Shown piece by piece: positions 16,047 through 26,168 of a stretch of 42,580 nucleotides of DNA. Position 1 is the first letter of the stretch; the number at the start of each line of letters is the position of its first letter. The stretch is taken from positions 1 to 42,580 of IMG/VR virus record IMGVR_UViG_3300012344_000014, one strand, 5' to 3'. The notes beneath the pieces were generated by a model. It made no database searches. It saw only the letters and a list, made by a program, of their open reading frames with translations, and was not told the origin of the DNA. Source of the DNA: a virus (lineage: Duplodnaviria; Heunggongvirae; Uroviricota; Caudoviricetes). The translations under genes were made by a program, and so were the position numbers.

Positions 16047-16078
16047 TACCCCTGCCGTAAGGCCGGGGTATTTTTATT
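16047..16078 (+). terminator. Intrinsic terminator
   Basis: TACCCC/GGGGTA stem plus T run. Confidence 0.6.
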
Positions 16079-16090
16079 GGAGGAATTATT

Positions 16091-16969
16091 ATGGCGCGGC
16101 AAAAACAAGCGGGTGTAATCACCAAGATTTGTATGCGCTGCAACAGGGTTCTTCCCCTTATCGAATACTATCCCAACAAAGGCTGGAAACAGCAGCTATA
16201 TCGCGACTCCTGGTGCCGCGATTGTGTAAAGGAATACTGCACAGATAAGGAGAAGCTGGAGCAGTATTGTTATGAAAACAACCGCCTTTGGAAAGATAAA
16301 TACTGGGAAACTGCAGAGAAGAAAGCGTTTGTGCAGCTTTCTGCCGACCAGACATATTGCAGTACATCCACGCCGATTGAAAAGAAACGCGAGATGATAA
16401 CGAAGTTCACGATCAAAAACTTCTGGGGGATTATGAACCTGTCGAACATCTATGTGTATGTCGACAATATGGGGAATTCCCAATCAACCGACGGGGAGCA
16501 GATGATCGATGACGCTACAAAGGCGGAGAAGATGGTATACAGCAAAGTCTGGCGCGGTTATTATACACCGACCCAGATTGAGTGGCTGGATGATACCTAC
16601 GCTCGGTATGAAGAGGACTTCGTATTGGACAATATCAATATTCAGGATTACGCACGCAAAATTGCGAAGGCGAGCCTGAACGCCGACGTTGCGGAAGACA
16701 GGATGCGGCGCGGCGAAGGGTCCTATCAGGAATACAAGGAAGCGCAGAAAATATTTGACGACCTTTCAAAGTCTTCGAACTTCGCGGCATGCAAACGCAA
16801 AGCAGGCGAAGCGACGGGGCTTGGATCGCTTGGCGAAATAATCCTGCGGCTCGAGGTATCGGGGAAACTGAACACGAACGGCTTTACCTTCCCGGAGGAC
16901 GACGTGGATAAAATTATACACGACTTTGAGCATACGCTCCGGTCGGTCGGACTGGAGGGGCAGCTATGA
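16091..16969 (+). CDS. Zn-finger-containing protein, probable terminase small subunit
   Basis: CMRC...CRDC; coupled to the large terminase (ATGA overlap); call is positional. Confidence 0.5.
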   Translation: MARQKQAGVITKICMRCNRVLPLIEYYPNKGWKQQLYRDSWCRDCVKEYCTDKEKLEQYCYENNRLWKDKYWETAEKKAFVQLSADQTYCSTSTPIEKKREMITKFTIKNFWGIMNLSNIYVYVDNMGNSQSTDGEQMIDDATKAEKMVYSKVWRGYYTPTQIEWLDDTYARYEEDFVLDNINIQDYARKIAKASLNADVAEDRMRRGEGSYQEYKEAQKIFDDLSKSSNFAACKRKAGEATGLGSLGEIILRLEVSGKLNTNGFTFPEDDVDKIIHDFEHTLRSVGLEGQL

Positions 16970-18654
16970 ATCCCATCGACCACAGCCGGATTATGAAGGC
17001 AACTCAGATCCGTGAGATCAAAAATGATCCTGGCTGGGAAGAGCAGATCTGGTATTGGCGGACACATCTGGATGTATTCATTGAGGACTACTTCAAGATA
17101 AAGCTTAAAGACGTCCAGAAGGTTGAAGCCCGGATGTTTGGAAACCGCGAGACAATCTATTTTGTGCAGAGCCGCGGCTTCGGTAAGACATGGCTGACGG
17201 CTGTGTGCTGCCTGGCTATGGGGGTGCTGTACCCCGGAAGCTTGATTGCGGTTATCAGTGGTACAGCCGAGCAGGCGACGCTGGTCATTAAAAAGATTGA
17301 TGATTATTTTGTACGGAATACGGATGTGTTGCGGGAGATAGAAACGAATGGGCACTCCGCCGTGCAGCTTTCGCGTAACAAGGGCGTGTGCCGGTTGAGA
17401 AATGGAAGTAAGATTGAAAGCTATTCGATCGGCACGTTCCGTGGCAACCGCGCAAAAGTTATCGTTATTGACGAGGCGCCGGAAGTGAAAAAAGAAGACC
17501 TTGAAGCTATTGCGAAGCCGGTTCGAAATACAACTCGCGATAATTGTGTGCAACTGGGAATACCGGATTACCCGTCCAAGATGATCAGCATCACAAGTGC
17601 GTGTTTGAAGAGCAACTACTTCTTCGACGCTTTTACCGGGACACTGCGCAACATGGCGAAAGGTGAGAAAGATTGTTTCGCCTGCGCGCTCAACTATAAA
17701 GCGGCGGCGCGCGTTGGAATCTCCCCGCTGTCCTTTTTTGAGAAAGAACGCCGGGATATGGAAGAATCCAAATTTGCGATGGAGTACGACTCGATATTCG
17801 TTGGCGCGGAAGCAGGAAGCCTGTTCCCATACGAATTGACAGAGAAATGCCGGGTATTGAAAGACGTTGAAGTGGCGATGCCGAAGTCAAGCACATCGGA
17901 TTATATTATTGGCGTCGACTTGGCTACGTCGGCTTCGAAGTATGCAGACAACGCGGTTATTACGGTAATCAAATTGATCGAATGCGACGATGGAGGCTAC
18001 ATTAAGAAACTTGTCTACATTCGATCTTTTCACGGCAAACGGCTGGACGCGTTGGCTGGCGAGGTACGAAAGTTGCTGGTGAAATTCCCGCGGACAGTCA
18101 AGGTTGTATTCGACCATCGCGGCCTGGGTGACGCTTTCCCGCAATTCCTGGCACAGCCGTGGGTTGACATAAATGGGAAGGAATATCCGCCGCTGGTAAT
18201 GGACACAGAGAAATCTATTATCCACAATGCGGTGCCGCTATTGCATCCGGTTATTGCGAATATCACGGTAAACCAGCAGATCGTATCCGCCATAACAATC
18301 GCTCTTGAGCAGGAATCGCTTGAGCTACCGGTTAACTCGCGCCATGTGCTTGGGAACAAGGTGATGCTGCGCGACGAAGAAGATGACGAAACGCAAAGCA
18401 AGTCTCTGACGCAAGAAGAGAAAGCGATTTTCATCGAGGCGGACGCGCTCCAGATCGAGATGGGCAACGTGGTTGCGAAAGCGACACAGGCGGGCGCGGT
18501 CGTGTACGACGTGGCAAAATCAACGCAGCACAAAGACCGGTACAGTTCGCTGGGCATGGCGTTGCTATATATCAGCGGGCTGGAAGAACTGCGCAAAAAG
18601 AAATACATCCAGGGCTCTTCTGAGGAGTGCATTGGGCTGGTTACAAAATTTTAA
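16966..18654 (+). CDS. terL: Terminase large subunit
   Basis: Walker A SRGFGKT, Walker B VIVIDE, RNase H-like nuclease IGVDLA...DNAV...HKDRYS. Confidence 0.92.
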   Translation: MNPIDHSRIMKATQIREIKNDPGWEEQIWYWRTHLDVFIEDYFKIKLKDVQKVEARMFGNRETIYFVQSRGFGKTWLTAVCCLAMGVLYPGSLIAVISGTAEQATLVIKKIDDYFVRNTDVLREIETNGHSAVQLSRNKGVCRLRNGSKIESYSIGTFRGNRAKVIVIDEAPEVKKEDLEAIAKPVRNTTRDNCVQLGIPDYPSKMISITSACLKSNYFFDAFTGTLRNMAKGEKDCFACALNYKAAARVGISPLSFFEKERRDMEESKFAMEYDSIFVGAEAGSLFPYELTEKCRVLKDVEVAMPKSSTSDYIIGVDLATSASKYADNAVITVIKLIECDDGGYIKKLVYIRSFHGKRLDALAGEVRKLLVKFPRTVKVVFDHRGLGDAFPQFLAQPWVDINGKEYPPLVMDTEKSIIHNAVPLLHPVIANITVNQQIVSAITIALEQESLELPVNSRHVLGNKVMLRDEEDDETQSKSLTQEEKAIFIEADALQIEMGNVVAKATQAGAVVYDVAKSTQHKDRYSSLGMALLYISGLEELRKKKYIQGSSEECIGLVTKF

Positions 18655-18668
18655 GGAGGCGACAGGCG

Positions 18669-20255
18669 ATGGGATTTTTTAACAGGCTATGGAACCGTTC
18701 GCCTCAGCAGTCTTCGCTCGCCCCTCCGAGGGAAATCGCGGTGGGCGCGGCCAAGGACGATGTGAGTATTACATTTAATAACCGTAACATCACCTACACA
18801 GGCGATCTTGCGAGTTATGACTATGATGCGATACTGAGGGATAAACAGACAAATATTACAAGTCTGTTTCAGCTGAGCGATTATTACGTAGACGCCGATC
18901 CTTTGTATCGCGGCATTATCAAAGAGGTATATACGCCTTTTAGCATCGCGGATGACTTTCGGCTTGTTGGCGCGAACGAGAAGGTTAAGAAGAAATATCT
19001 TGACTATTATGACAGAATTCACCTAAAGGACAAGATGAGAAGTATCTTTCTTCAGTATTACAAATACGGAAACGTATATGTATACCTGATGGAAGATGGT
19101 TCTCTTATTACCTTGCCGGTGCATATGATTCGCATTGCGAACGTCATGGTAGATGGGGAACCGGTGCTGGAATTCAACTGCCGCACCATTACGCAGGACC
19201 TGAAGCGCGAAGGTATTAAGGCAAAAAAGGATTATCTGGACGACGAATTGCTGGACGTTCGGCTGCGCGGCTTCCCCAAAGAAGTGCAAACGGCCGTAAA
19301 GGAAGGCAAGGAATATGTCCAGCTGAATCCGGCGAATACGTTCGTACTGCAGGACTTGAAGGAAGACTGGGTGCGGTATGCGGTGCCGATGGTGGCGACA
19401 TGCCTGCGCGCTTTTTCTAAAAAGGAAATTATTTCGCAGTATGAAGATTCGCTGCTGAACTTGGGCGCGATGGCTTTTCTTCATGTAAAATACGGTGACC
19501 CGAAGAACGAAGTAGTCCCGACAGTCGACGCGCTGCGGCAGGTGTCGAACATCTTCAAGAGCGCTATGACGGGCACTGCGCTGGCGGTTACCAATAACTG
19601 GTGCGCGGCAGAAGTGATCCAGCCGAAGATGGACGACATGTTCGAGTACGATAAGTACAAGGGCGTGAACGCCGAAATCCTGAATGCCGGCGGAATCAGC
19701 GGCGTGATCGTCAGCGGCCGGTCGGAAGACGGCTCGACGTTCGCGAGCGCGCAGGTCAGCATGAAGACGGCGGCGATGCGTATCCGCCAGGCGAAGGACA
19801 GCTTCTGCGAGATGATGAACAAAATCAACCGCAGGCTAAACGGCGCGGGCGGCGCGGCTTCTATCCCACATAGCGCAGAATCCAGTATTCCCCTGTTTAC
19901 ATTCCCGCCGGTCGACCTTTCTGGCGACAAGGACTTCCGCGAGGCGTGTATGAAGCTGTGGGAGAAGGGTGTGGTGTCTGACAAGACACTGCTGCAAACT
20001 TACGGCTATGATTACGATCAGGAAGTCGAGCGGAAGAAGACAGAGGACAGCAGCGGCAATGCGCATGTGCTGATGCCGAAGAAAGAGACAGACGCAGGCA
20101 ACAGCGCAGATAACAACGCGGCTTCTAATATGGAACCGGATGAGCCGCTGATTGAAGGAAAAGTTGGGCGGCCTGAAGTGGACGAATCGGAGCGCACGAG
20201 CGATCCGGCGAACGCAATAACAGGCAAGCAGCCGAAGCCCAGCACAGATGGGTAA
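18669..20255 (+). CDS. Portal protein (528 aa)
   Basis: AAGGAGG RBS, position after terL, size, YYKYGNVYVY portal-like motif. Confidence 0.8.
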   Translation: MGFFNRLWNRSPQQSSLAPPREIAVGAAKDDVSITFNNRNITYTGDLASYDYDAILRDKQTNITSLFQLSDYYVDADPLYRGIIKEVYTPFSIADDFRLVGANEKVKKKYLDYYDRIHLKDKMRSIFLQYYKYGNVYVYLMEDGSLITLPVHMIRIANVMVDGEPVLEFNCRTITQDLKREGIKAKKDYLDDELLDVRLRGFPKEVQTAVKEGKEYVQLNPANTFVLQDLKEDWVRYAVPMVATCLRAFSKKEIISQYEDSLLNLGAMAFLHVKYGDPKNEVVPTVDALRQVSNIFKSAMTGTALAVTNNWCAAEVIQPKMDDMFEYDKYKGVNAEILNAGGISGVIVSGRSEDGSTFASAQVSMKTAAMRIRQAKDSFCEMMNKINRRLNGAGGAASIPHSAESSIPLFTFPPVDLSGDKDFREACMKLWEKGVVSDKTLLQTYGYDYDQEVERKKTEDSSGNAHVLMPKKETDAGNSADNNAASNMEPDEPLIEGKVGRPEVDESERTSDPANAITGKQPKPSTDG

Positions 20256-20342
20256 AAATTTTTTGATAGATATGGCGAAAGCCATGTTTATATAACTTCA
20301 CAAGAAACTGTGGCCCTCCTAACGCAGTTTTGAGGAAGGATT

Positions 20343-21530
20343 GTGGTTATGTTGACGGACGAGAAACTTTACTTTCTTGCTTCCGACATCTCCATCTCTG
20401 AACAGAAATCGAATGACATTTTTCTTTATGTCACGATGAGAATGTTGTCTACGCGCCCGAATGGAAACCGGGAAGGCGTCACGCAGGCGTTCATTGATGA
20501 AATTGTTATGAACCCTGCGAAGTATGACTGCCTCCCGCTCTATGTCGATATCAATCGGCTGCGGGCGCGCGACTACAGAAACCTGGGGCATATGTACAAT
20601 CCGGGCACCGGAAAGTTCGACTCTACCCAGATTGGCAGTCTCTGCCGCTTCTGGAAGGAGAGCGACGAGTATGGCATATCGCTGATGGGCGAAGCGCGCA
20701 TCCCCAAGCGGGAAGCGGACGTTTGCCAGTGCGTACTGGAATTGTACAACATTGCCGCGCTGAATTTTTCTTTCGAGATCAAGTATGTGCCGGATAACAC
20801 GGTTGTGATCGAGGGCGTTCGCTATGTGGACGCGGCAGACACAAACGCGTTGACGGGCATGGCGATCGTATCGACTCCGGCTTATCGCGAGTCTACGGCG
20901 CTGTCGCTGGTGGCGGAGGAAAAAGCGGATGGAGCGGAAGTGGAAAACGCGACTGAAGGAGTTGAAAACAAAGTGACGATTGAAGAAGCCAAGCAGGCAA
21001 TTGCTGAAAAGGATCAGCTGATTGCGGAGCTTCAGCAGCAGAACGCTGCGATGGCCGAAGAGAATGAAAAGCTGAAGGAAGAGGCGAAGCCCGATCCTGA
21101 GGCCGAAGAAAAGGCCAAGCGCGATGCGGAAACCGCTGCGGCGGCGGAAGAGGAGCGCAAGCAGTGCGCCGAGAAGCTGGAAGAGGCGAATGCGGCGGCC
21201 GCTGAAAAAGACCGGAAGATCGAAGAGCTGAACGCTCAGATCGAGGAACTGAATAAGGCCAAGGCTGAGCTGGAAACCATTAAGGCGGAACAGGCGGCGA
21301 CCGAACTGAAGGCCAAACAGGAAAACGCGAAAGCATTCGCGCAGAAGCAGGGGCTGGACGTTGAGGACGAAAAGGTTCAGGCGGCAATCGCGGAACTAAA
21401 CTATGAAACTATCGCCACGATGGCGATGGAAATTTCCAAGCCGGAAACACAGACTGCTACGGCGAGTTTTGTGATTACCGAAAATATGAAAGTTGAAAGC
21501 AAGTACGGCGGCCTGCTTGAAAGCCGCTGA
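20343..21530 (+). CDS. Prohead protease / scaffold fusion
   Basis: N-domain with LGH, NFSFEI and GMAIVSTPAY; long Ala/Glu/Lys coiled-coil C-terminus; position. Confidence 0.75.
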   Translation: MVMLTDEKLYFLASDISISEQKSNDIFLYVTMRMLSTRPNGNREGVTQAFIDEIVMNPAKYDCLPLYVDINRLRARDYRNLGHMYNPGTGKFDSTQIGSLCRFWKESDEYGISLMGEARIPKREADVCQCVLELYNIAALNFSFEIKYVPDNTVVIEGVRYVDAADTNALTGMAIVSTPAYRESTALSLVAEEKADGAEVENATEGVENKVTIEEAKQAIAEKDQLIAELQQQNAAMAEENEKLKEEAKPDPEAEEKAKRDAETAAAAEEERKQCAEKLEEANAAAAEKDRKIEELNAQIEELNKAKAELETIKAEQAATELKAKQENAKAFAQKQGLDVEDEKVQAAIAELNYETIATMAMEISKPETQTATASFVITENMKVESKYGGLLESR

Positions 21531-21548
21531 TTGCGAGGAGGAAAAATT

Positions 21549-22001
21549 ATGGCAGGATATATGAAGAAGCTGCAGGGCTACGTTTACGACGGAGCCAATA
21601 CCGCCGCTGCCGCAATGGAAAACGGCGTGTTTGTTGAAATCACTACTGATGGCGTGAAGCCTGTCGCAGCCGCAAAGACCAGTATGGTTCTGCGCGTTGT
21701 GGAAAAGACCACGCTGTGGAACCGGCCGGCGGTTGTGCTGGATGTTGTGAACCACGGCGACGACGAGGTCTTCTTCCTTGAAAACGAATGGGATATCAAC
21801 GACGCGGAAGCTTACGACACCGCGAAGTACACCTGCAAGGTGGGCGACTATGTCCGCATGCATCGCTGCCTTGACGGCGAACAGCTGATTATGACCGTTG
21901 GCGATACCGTGTACGCGGCGCTGGCGGTTGGTGATCAGGCGAATATTGCGGCCAACGGCACCATCGCCAAGAAGACCACTGGCCAGGGCGGCGGCGGCTA
22001 A
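21549..22001 (+). CDS. Capsid decoration/cement-like protein (150 aa)
   Basis: GAGGAGG RBS; lies between scaffold and major capsid. Confidence 0.6.
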   Translation: MAGYMKKLQGYVYDGANTAAAAMENGVFVEITTDGVKPVAAAKTSMVLRVVEKTTLWNRPAVVLDVVNHGDDEVFFLENEWDINDAEAYDTAKYTCKVGDYVRMHRCLDGEQLIMTVGDTVYAALAVGDQANIAANGTIAKKTTGQGGGG

Positions 22002-22040
22002 TTCGCAGATACCGGAATTGATAATTTGAGGTGAAAGATA

Positions 22041-23048
22041 ATGGCTATTGAAATTCGTAAAGATTCCAAGATTGTCGATGTTATGGTGGCACAGGCCAAG
22101 CATGAGAATGTCGACTCTAACGTTGCAGCGGAGGCCAGCAACCTGATTAAGGATCTGGCATCCAATCCCACCCCCAACAACCGCTATCAGATTGCGCAGC
22201 TGGTTGGCTTTGCGGTGAACGAGATCGTTCGTCCGGCCACCAACTTCCTTGATATGGTCGCCGATGTGAAGCGCGTGGGCTTCAACGAGAAGGCCGCCTT
22301 CAAGGTGAAGCAGGAAGGCATCCGTGCCTACATCCAGGCGAAGGGCGCCACCACTGCCCGCAGCAAGGTTGCCAACAAACAGATTACGTTGGATACCGTT
22401 GCCGTGTCTGCCCGTCCGGTGATCAACATCGTCGAGCTGAAGACCGGCCAGACGCAGATGGCTGACCTGATTAACGATGCGGCATACCAGATGGAACTTA
22501 AGGAACTCGGTTACATCAAGGGCGTGCTGAACGCTGCGGCCACAGCTTGGGCTTCTCCGTTCTATGCTTCCGGTTCCGGCGTTGTGAAGGCGACCATCGA
22601 CAACCAGATCCGTTTCTGGAATCGTGTGTCTGCTGGCGGTGGAGCGGTTATCGTCGGCGACATCGATATTGTTTCGAAGCTCGCTGAGCAGACCGGTTTC
22701 TCCGCGAACACCACAACCAAGCAGTTCGCTGACAACCTCATCGAGGAAGCGAACCGCATGGGTTATGTTGGCATCTACAACGGTGCAAAAGTTATCAACA
22801 TGATCAACCCCATCGTTGAAGGCACCAACACCTTTGCTCTTGATACTGATAAGCTGTATATCTTCCCGGCTGGTGCTGATGCAGCCATGCGTCCGCTCAA
22901 GGTCGTGTTCGAAGGCGATATCTTCTCTCAGGAAGCGACCAATATTGACGACAGCTCCTACGAAGTCCGTCTGGACCAGTATCTGGGCGCCGGTATCGTC
23001 TATGGCGATCGCCCGTATCTGAGCGTGTACGAAGACACGACTCTCTAA
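22041..23048 (+). CDS. Major capsid protein (335 aa)
   Basis: Position, size, high-expression codon bias, terminator downstream. Confidence 0.8.
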   Translation: MAIEIRKDSKIVDVMVAQAKHENVDSNVAAEASNLIKDLASNPTPNNRYQIAQLVGFAVNEIVRPATNFLDMVADVKRVGFNEKAAFKVKQEGIRAYIQAKGATTARSKVANKQITLDTVAVSARPVINIVELKTGQTQMADLINDAAYQMELKELGYIKGVLNAAATAWASPFYASGSGVVKATIDNQIRFWNRVSAGGGAVIVGDIDIVSKLAEQTGFSANTTTKQFADNLIEEANRMGYVGIYNGAKVINMINPIVEGTNTFALDTDKLYIFPAGADAAMRPLKVVFEGDIFSQEATNIDDSSYEVRLDQYLGAGIVYGDRPYLSVYEDTTL

Positions 23049-23057
23049 TCTTCGCAA

Positions 23058-23090
23058 AGGGGTGAGGGGAAGTTCCCCTCCCCCTATTTT
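23058..23090 (+). terminator. Intrinsic terminator after the capsid gene
   Basis: GAGGGGAA/TTCCCCTC stem plus TATTTT. Confidence 0.7.
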
Positions 23091-23108
23091 AATAAAGGAG
23101 CAAAGGCT

Positions 23109-23537
23109 ATGGCAGAAAGAATTAAAGTGTACAACCCGCAGAAGTTTGATGTCGGCGTCGTAACGTTCGACCGCCCGATGGGCCTGAACATTGCCCCGGG
23201 CAGTTTTGCGCTGCTGAGTGAGGACGATATCAGCTATATTGCGTCCATCAGCACGCTGTTCCAGCGGGGTTATTTGCGGGTGGACAAAAAAGAAGAAGCC
23301 GTGATGCAGGCGATTGGGATCGACCCCGAAACAAATCCCGCGTTCATCACTGATGAGGAAATCCAGAAGAGACTGGGCGGGACGCCGAAGAAAATTGGCG
23401 AATGGCTCGACACAGTGAAGGAGCCGTATATCCTTGATCGCATTTATGATATTGCGGTTAAGATGAATCTGACAATGGGGAAATTGAAGGTGTTGCGCGA
23501 GCACATGCCTGAGCGCGCCTTTGTTGACGAAGAGTAA
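23109..23537 (+). CDS. Hypothetical virion-module protein (142 aa)
   Basis: AAGGAG RBS; position. Confidence 0.75.
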   Translation: MAERIKVYNPQKFDVGVVTFDRPMGLNIAPGSFALLSEDDISYIASISTLFQRGYLRVDKKEEAVMQAIGIDPETNPAFITDEEIQKRLGGTPKKIGEWLDTVKEPYILDRIYDIAVKMNLTMGKLKVLREHMPERAFVDEE

Positions 23538-23542
23538 AAGGA

Positions 23543-23974
23543 GTGGACGCCATGACTGACGTGATTAATCTTGCGCACCGGCTTTTTCAGCGCATTGAAT
23601 GGCAGAGCGTTCCGGATACGGTTGGCGAGGATGAACTCATCGAGTTCGTGGTGGATGCTATTCGATATTTATATGTGATGACAGGGCGTACGATGCAATA
23701 TTCTGAAGATATGTTCGTTTTTGACGGATGTATCCGTACGCAGTTCGCGGCCGACCTGTTGCTCGACGAGCAGGAATATGTGCTTACCACGGCGGAAATC
23801 ATGTTCTACCGCAAGGTGCAGGCAAGCGTGGACGACATCACAAGTTACACGACAGACGCGATGGCTGTAACACACGGCGATAAACCGTTTGCGAATCTTC
23901 AGCAGAAAATCACAGACCTTGACGCCAGGCAGAGGATGATCTGGTACAAGATGGCGCGCTACAACATTCTGTGA
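23543..23974 (+). CDS. Putative head-tail adaptor (~140 aa)
   Basis: Helical, connector-sized; positional call; start 23543 or 23552. Confidence 0.55.
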   Translation: MDAMTDVINLAHRLFQRIEWQSVPDTVGEDELIEFVVDAIRYLYVMTGRTMQYSEDMFVFDGCIRTQFAADLLLDEQEYVLTTAEIMFYRKVQASVDDITSYTTDAMAVTHGDKPFANLQQKITDLDARQRMIWYKMARYNIL

Positions 23975-23984
23975 GGTGACGCGC

Positions 23985-24257
23985 ATGAAGGTTAAGGTTA
24001 CATATTATAACGAAAAGCTGGAACCGCTGTATGAGAAGAGCTACCGGCTGGATGAGTACACCGGCATGTTGCGAATGGATTAGCTGCGGCTGATTACAGA
24101 CGTTGAGGATATGGCTTATCTGCTGAATGATAATAAGCCGAAGAGTGAATGGTCAAACGAATCATGGGCGGCGTTTTGCAAGATCAAACACAAGCTGCTG
24201 GACAAGGCCGGTGAAATTGAGCGCCTGCCGCAGAATATTGTGGAGGGCGGTGAGTAA
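23985..24257 (+). CDS. Hypothetical neck-region protein (90 aa) with in-frame TAG at codon 33 (24081-24083)
   Basis: GAGGTG RBS; with readthrough it fills the gap exactly and its TAA abuts the next ATG. Confidence 0.8.
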
Positions 24258-25043
24258 ATGGCATTTGTTGTGTGGGGGCGAACAGACGAAATAAAAGACG
24301 CGAAGAAAACCATCCCCGCAATTGTTAAAGGTTCTCGCCGGGATTTTCGGCCGCCGCCCACATTGGACGCGGATTTCAGGCGGCTGTTGCAACATGATAT
24401 TCCGTATGTTAACTTTACATTTGAGCTGATACACGACTGGTACAAAGCGCAGGAAGCAGACTATGTGCCGACTTACCTGCGGGCGCAACAGACGCCGATT
24501 GACTGGAAGTCGAAGATTGGCAACTCAGACATGTCCACCAACTTCAAAGTGACGCATGATATTCCGATCTATAAGGGTGACATGGTTGTGCGGGACGACG
24601 GCATGATTTTTCTGCTGAACTGGAATGTGCAGAACCATCCAAACAATCAGGCGACACAGTCGATTGAGTGTAATACAGTGTTTAAGTTCACCCGGCCGGG
24701 GGAAGAGAAAGTTGACGAAAACGGGTTCCTTATCGAAGGCGCAAAAGAAATTATTGTCGCCGAAGACATCCCCGGCGTACATGCCGAGTATGCCGGCCGG
24801 CCGGATTATTCTATGTCGCAAGGTATCCCGGGCATTCAGGCGGATCATTTGATTTCGTGTTATTTGCAATGGAACTCGCAGACACAAAACATTGAGATCA
24901 ACGACCATTTTGTAATCAATGGGTTTACGTACCGTGTTATCAATATCTCCGCGGCGGAAGTGGAAATCAACCGGCGCTTTGGTGTGCTGACTATTCACGC
25001 AAAACGTGTCGCTGGCGGGGATTTGGACGAGGCTGGTGAATGA
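24258..25043 (+). CDS. Putative head-closure/neck protein (261 aa)
   Basis: Beta-rich ORF; positional call. Confidence 0.55.
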   Translation: MAFVVWGRTDEIKDAKKTIPAIVKGSRRDFRPPPTLDADFRRLLQHDIPYVNFTFELIHDWYKAQEADYVPTYLRAQQTPIDWKSKIGNSDMSTNFKVTHDIPIYKGDMVVRDDGMIFLLNWNVQNHPNNQATQSIECNTVFKFTRPGEEKVDENGFLIEGAKEIIVAEDIPGVHAEYAGRPDYSMSQGIPGIQADHLISCYLQWNSQTQNIEINDHFVINGFTYRVINISAAEVEINRRFGVLTIHAKRVAGGDLDEAGE

Positions 25044-25046
25044 CCG

Positions 25047-25613
25047 ATGGCAGAGAGCAAGATCAATCAGTTGACGCTGAATGAGGCAACTGTGAGAGCC
25101 GAGCTGCGGGACTATTACGTGAAGGTGCTGGAAGGTATTGAAGACCAGTTGATTGATATATTGAAGCAAGAAGTCATGGTTACAATGCACGGCGATGGTC
25201 CCGGTAAGCCTGCGTGGCGGGAAGAGTTGCGAGATTCTATGGCGGAAGTTCTGCGTGAAATTGCGACAGACTATATTGAGCTTGGCGCTGGAGCCCCCGC
25301 TCTGTTAGGGAGGAAGGGGCTAGCGAAGAAAGTTCGGGCAATGATTATTGCGATCGGCAGCGGGTCAGTTGTCGGCAATCCTTTTATCACAGCAGGCCCT
25401 CCGGGGCGCTCTGTCTGGGACGACGACATCACCGGGAAACAGCCGTCGGCCGCGAAGTCTGAATACGCGTTGCCTGAACAATTCAATCAGGTTGGCAATT
25501 TTTTTATCGAGAACGCGGCGCAAAGAATCGCTGTGCGTGCGGCAAACGCGCTCGATGAAGCGTCTGCAAATATACCGGACAGTATGTTTTCCAAGAATAT
25601 ATACACGCAGTAA
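25047..25613 (+). CDS. Putative tail-completion/neck protein (188 aa)
   Basis: Position; helical ends typical of HK97-gp10-like neck proteins. Confidence 0.5.
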   Translation: MAESKINQLTLNEATVRAELRDYYVKVLEGIEDQLIDILKQEVMVTMHGDGPGKPAWREELRDSMAEVLREIATDYIELGAGAPALLGRKGLAKKVRAMIIAIGSGSVVGNPFITAGPPGRSVWDDDITGKQPSAAKSEYALPEQFNQVGNFFIENAAQRIAVRAANALDEASANIPDSMFSKNIYTQ

Positions 25614-25625
25614 GGAGCTGATTGG

Positions 25626-26111
25626 ATGCCGGATGAACGTGTGGTTGAGAAAACCAGAACTTGGGCGGACAACTGGAATAATGTTATGCGTTACGTCCTC
25701 TTCCGGGATGAAAAGCTCCGTGCGCTGATGCTGATCCCGGAGAAGGCAACCATTATAGATTTTATTACGAAGTATTTCATAGAGGACGCGAACCCGGATG
25801 AGTTGTTGACAGATGAAAAAGTCCGGGTTATCTGCTATGACTCAGACGGGGGCGCGCTGCGTAACCCCAACGTAAAATTCCATTATAAAGAGATGGACAT
25901 TTACGTAAAAGATGACGTGCTGTATAACGCATCAGACGACCGGCTTCGGCGGCGTTATCACCTGATTGCCGAGCGCCTGAAATATCTTTTGCTCAGGGAG
26001 AAGAACATACAGCATATGAGTTTTCGATTTGAAAACGAAAGTAATTTGTGGACCAAGGTTGTGGGGTACAAAAGGTATCACATAACCTTTTCCTATAAAA
26101 CTACTGTGTGA
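25626..26111 (+). CDS. Putative tail terminator (161 aa)
   Basis: Directly before the major tail gene; ends YKRYHITFSY. Confidence 0.55.
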   Translation: MPDERVVEKTRTWADNWNNVMRYVLFRDEKLRALMLIPEKATIIDFITKYFIEDANPDELLTDEKVRVICYDSDGGALRNPNVKFHYKEMDIYVKDDVLYNASDDRLRRRYHLIAERLKYLLLREKNIQHMSFRFENESNLWTKVVGYKRYHITFSYKTTV

Positions 26112-26168
26112 CGCAACTGATTTTAGGAGGAATCGGAAACGGAACACACCGCAAGGAGGAACTCCAAC

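Noticed and set aside
21396..23504. 702-aa minus-strand ORF
   Set aside because: Antisense shadow of the codon-biased capsid genes; no RBS or recognisable motifs.
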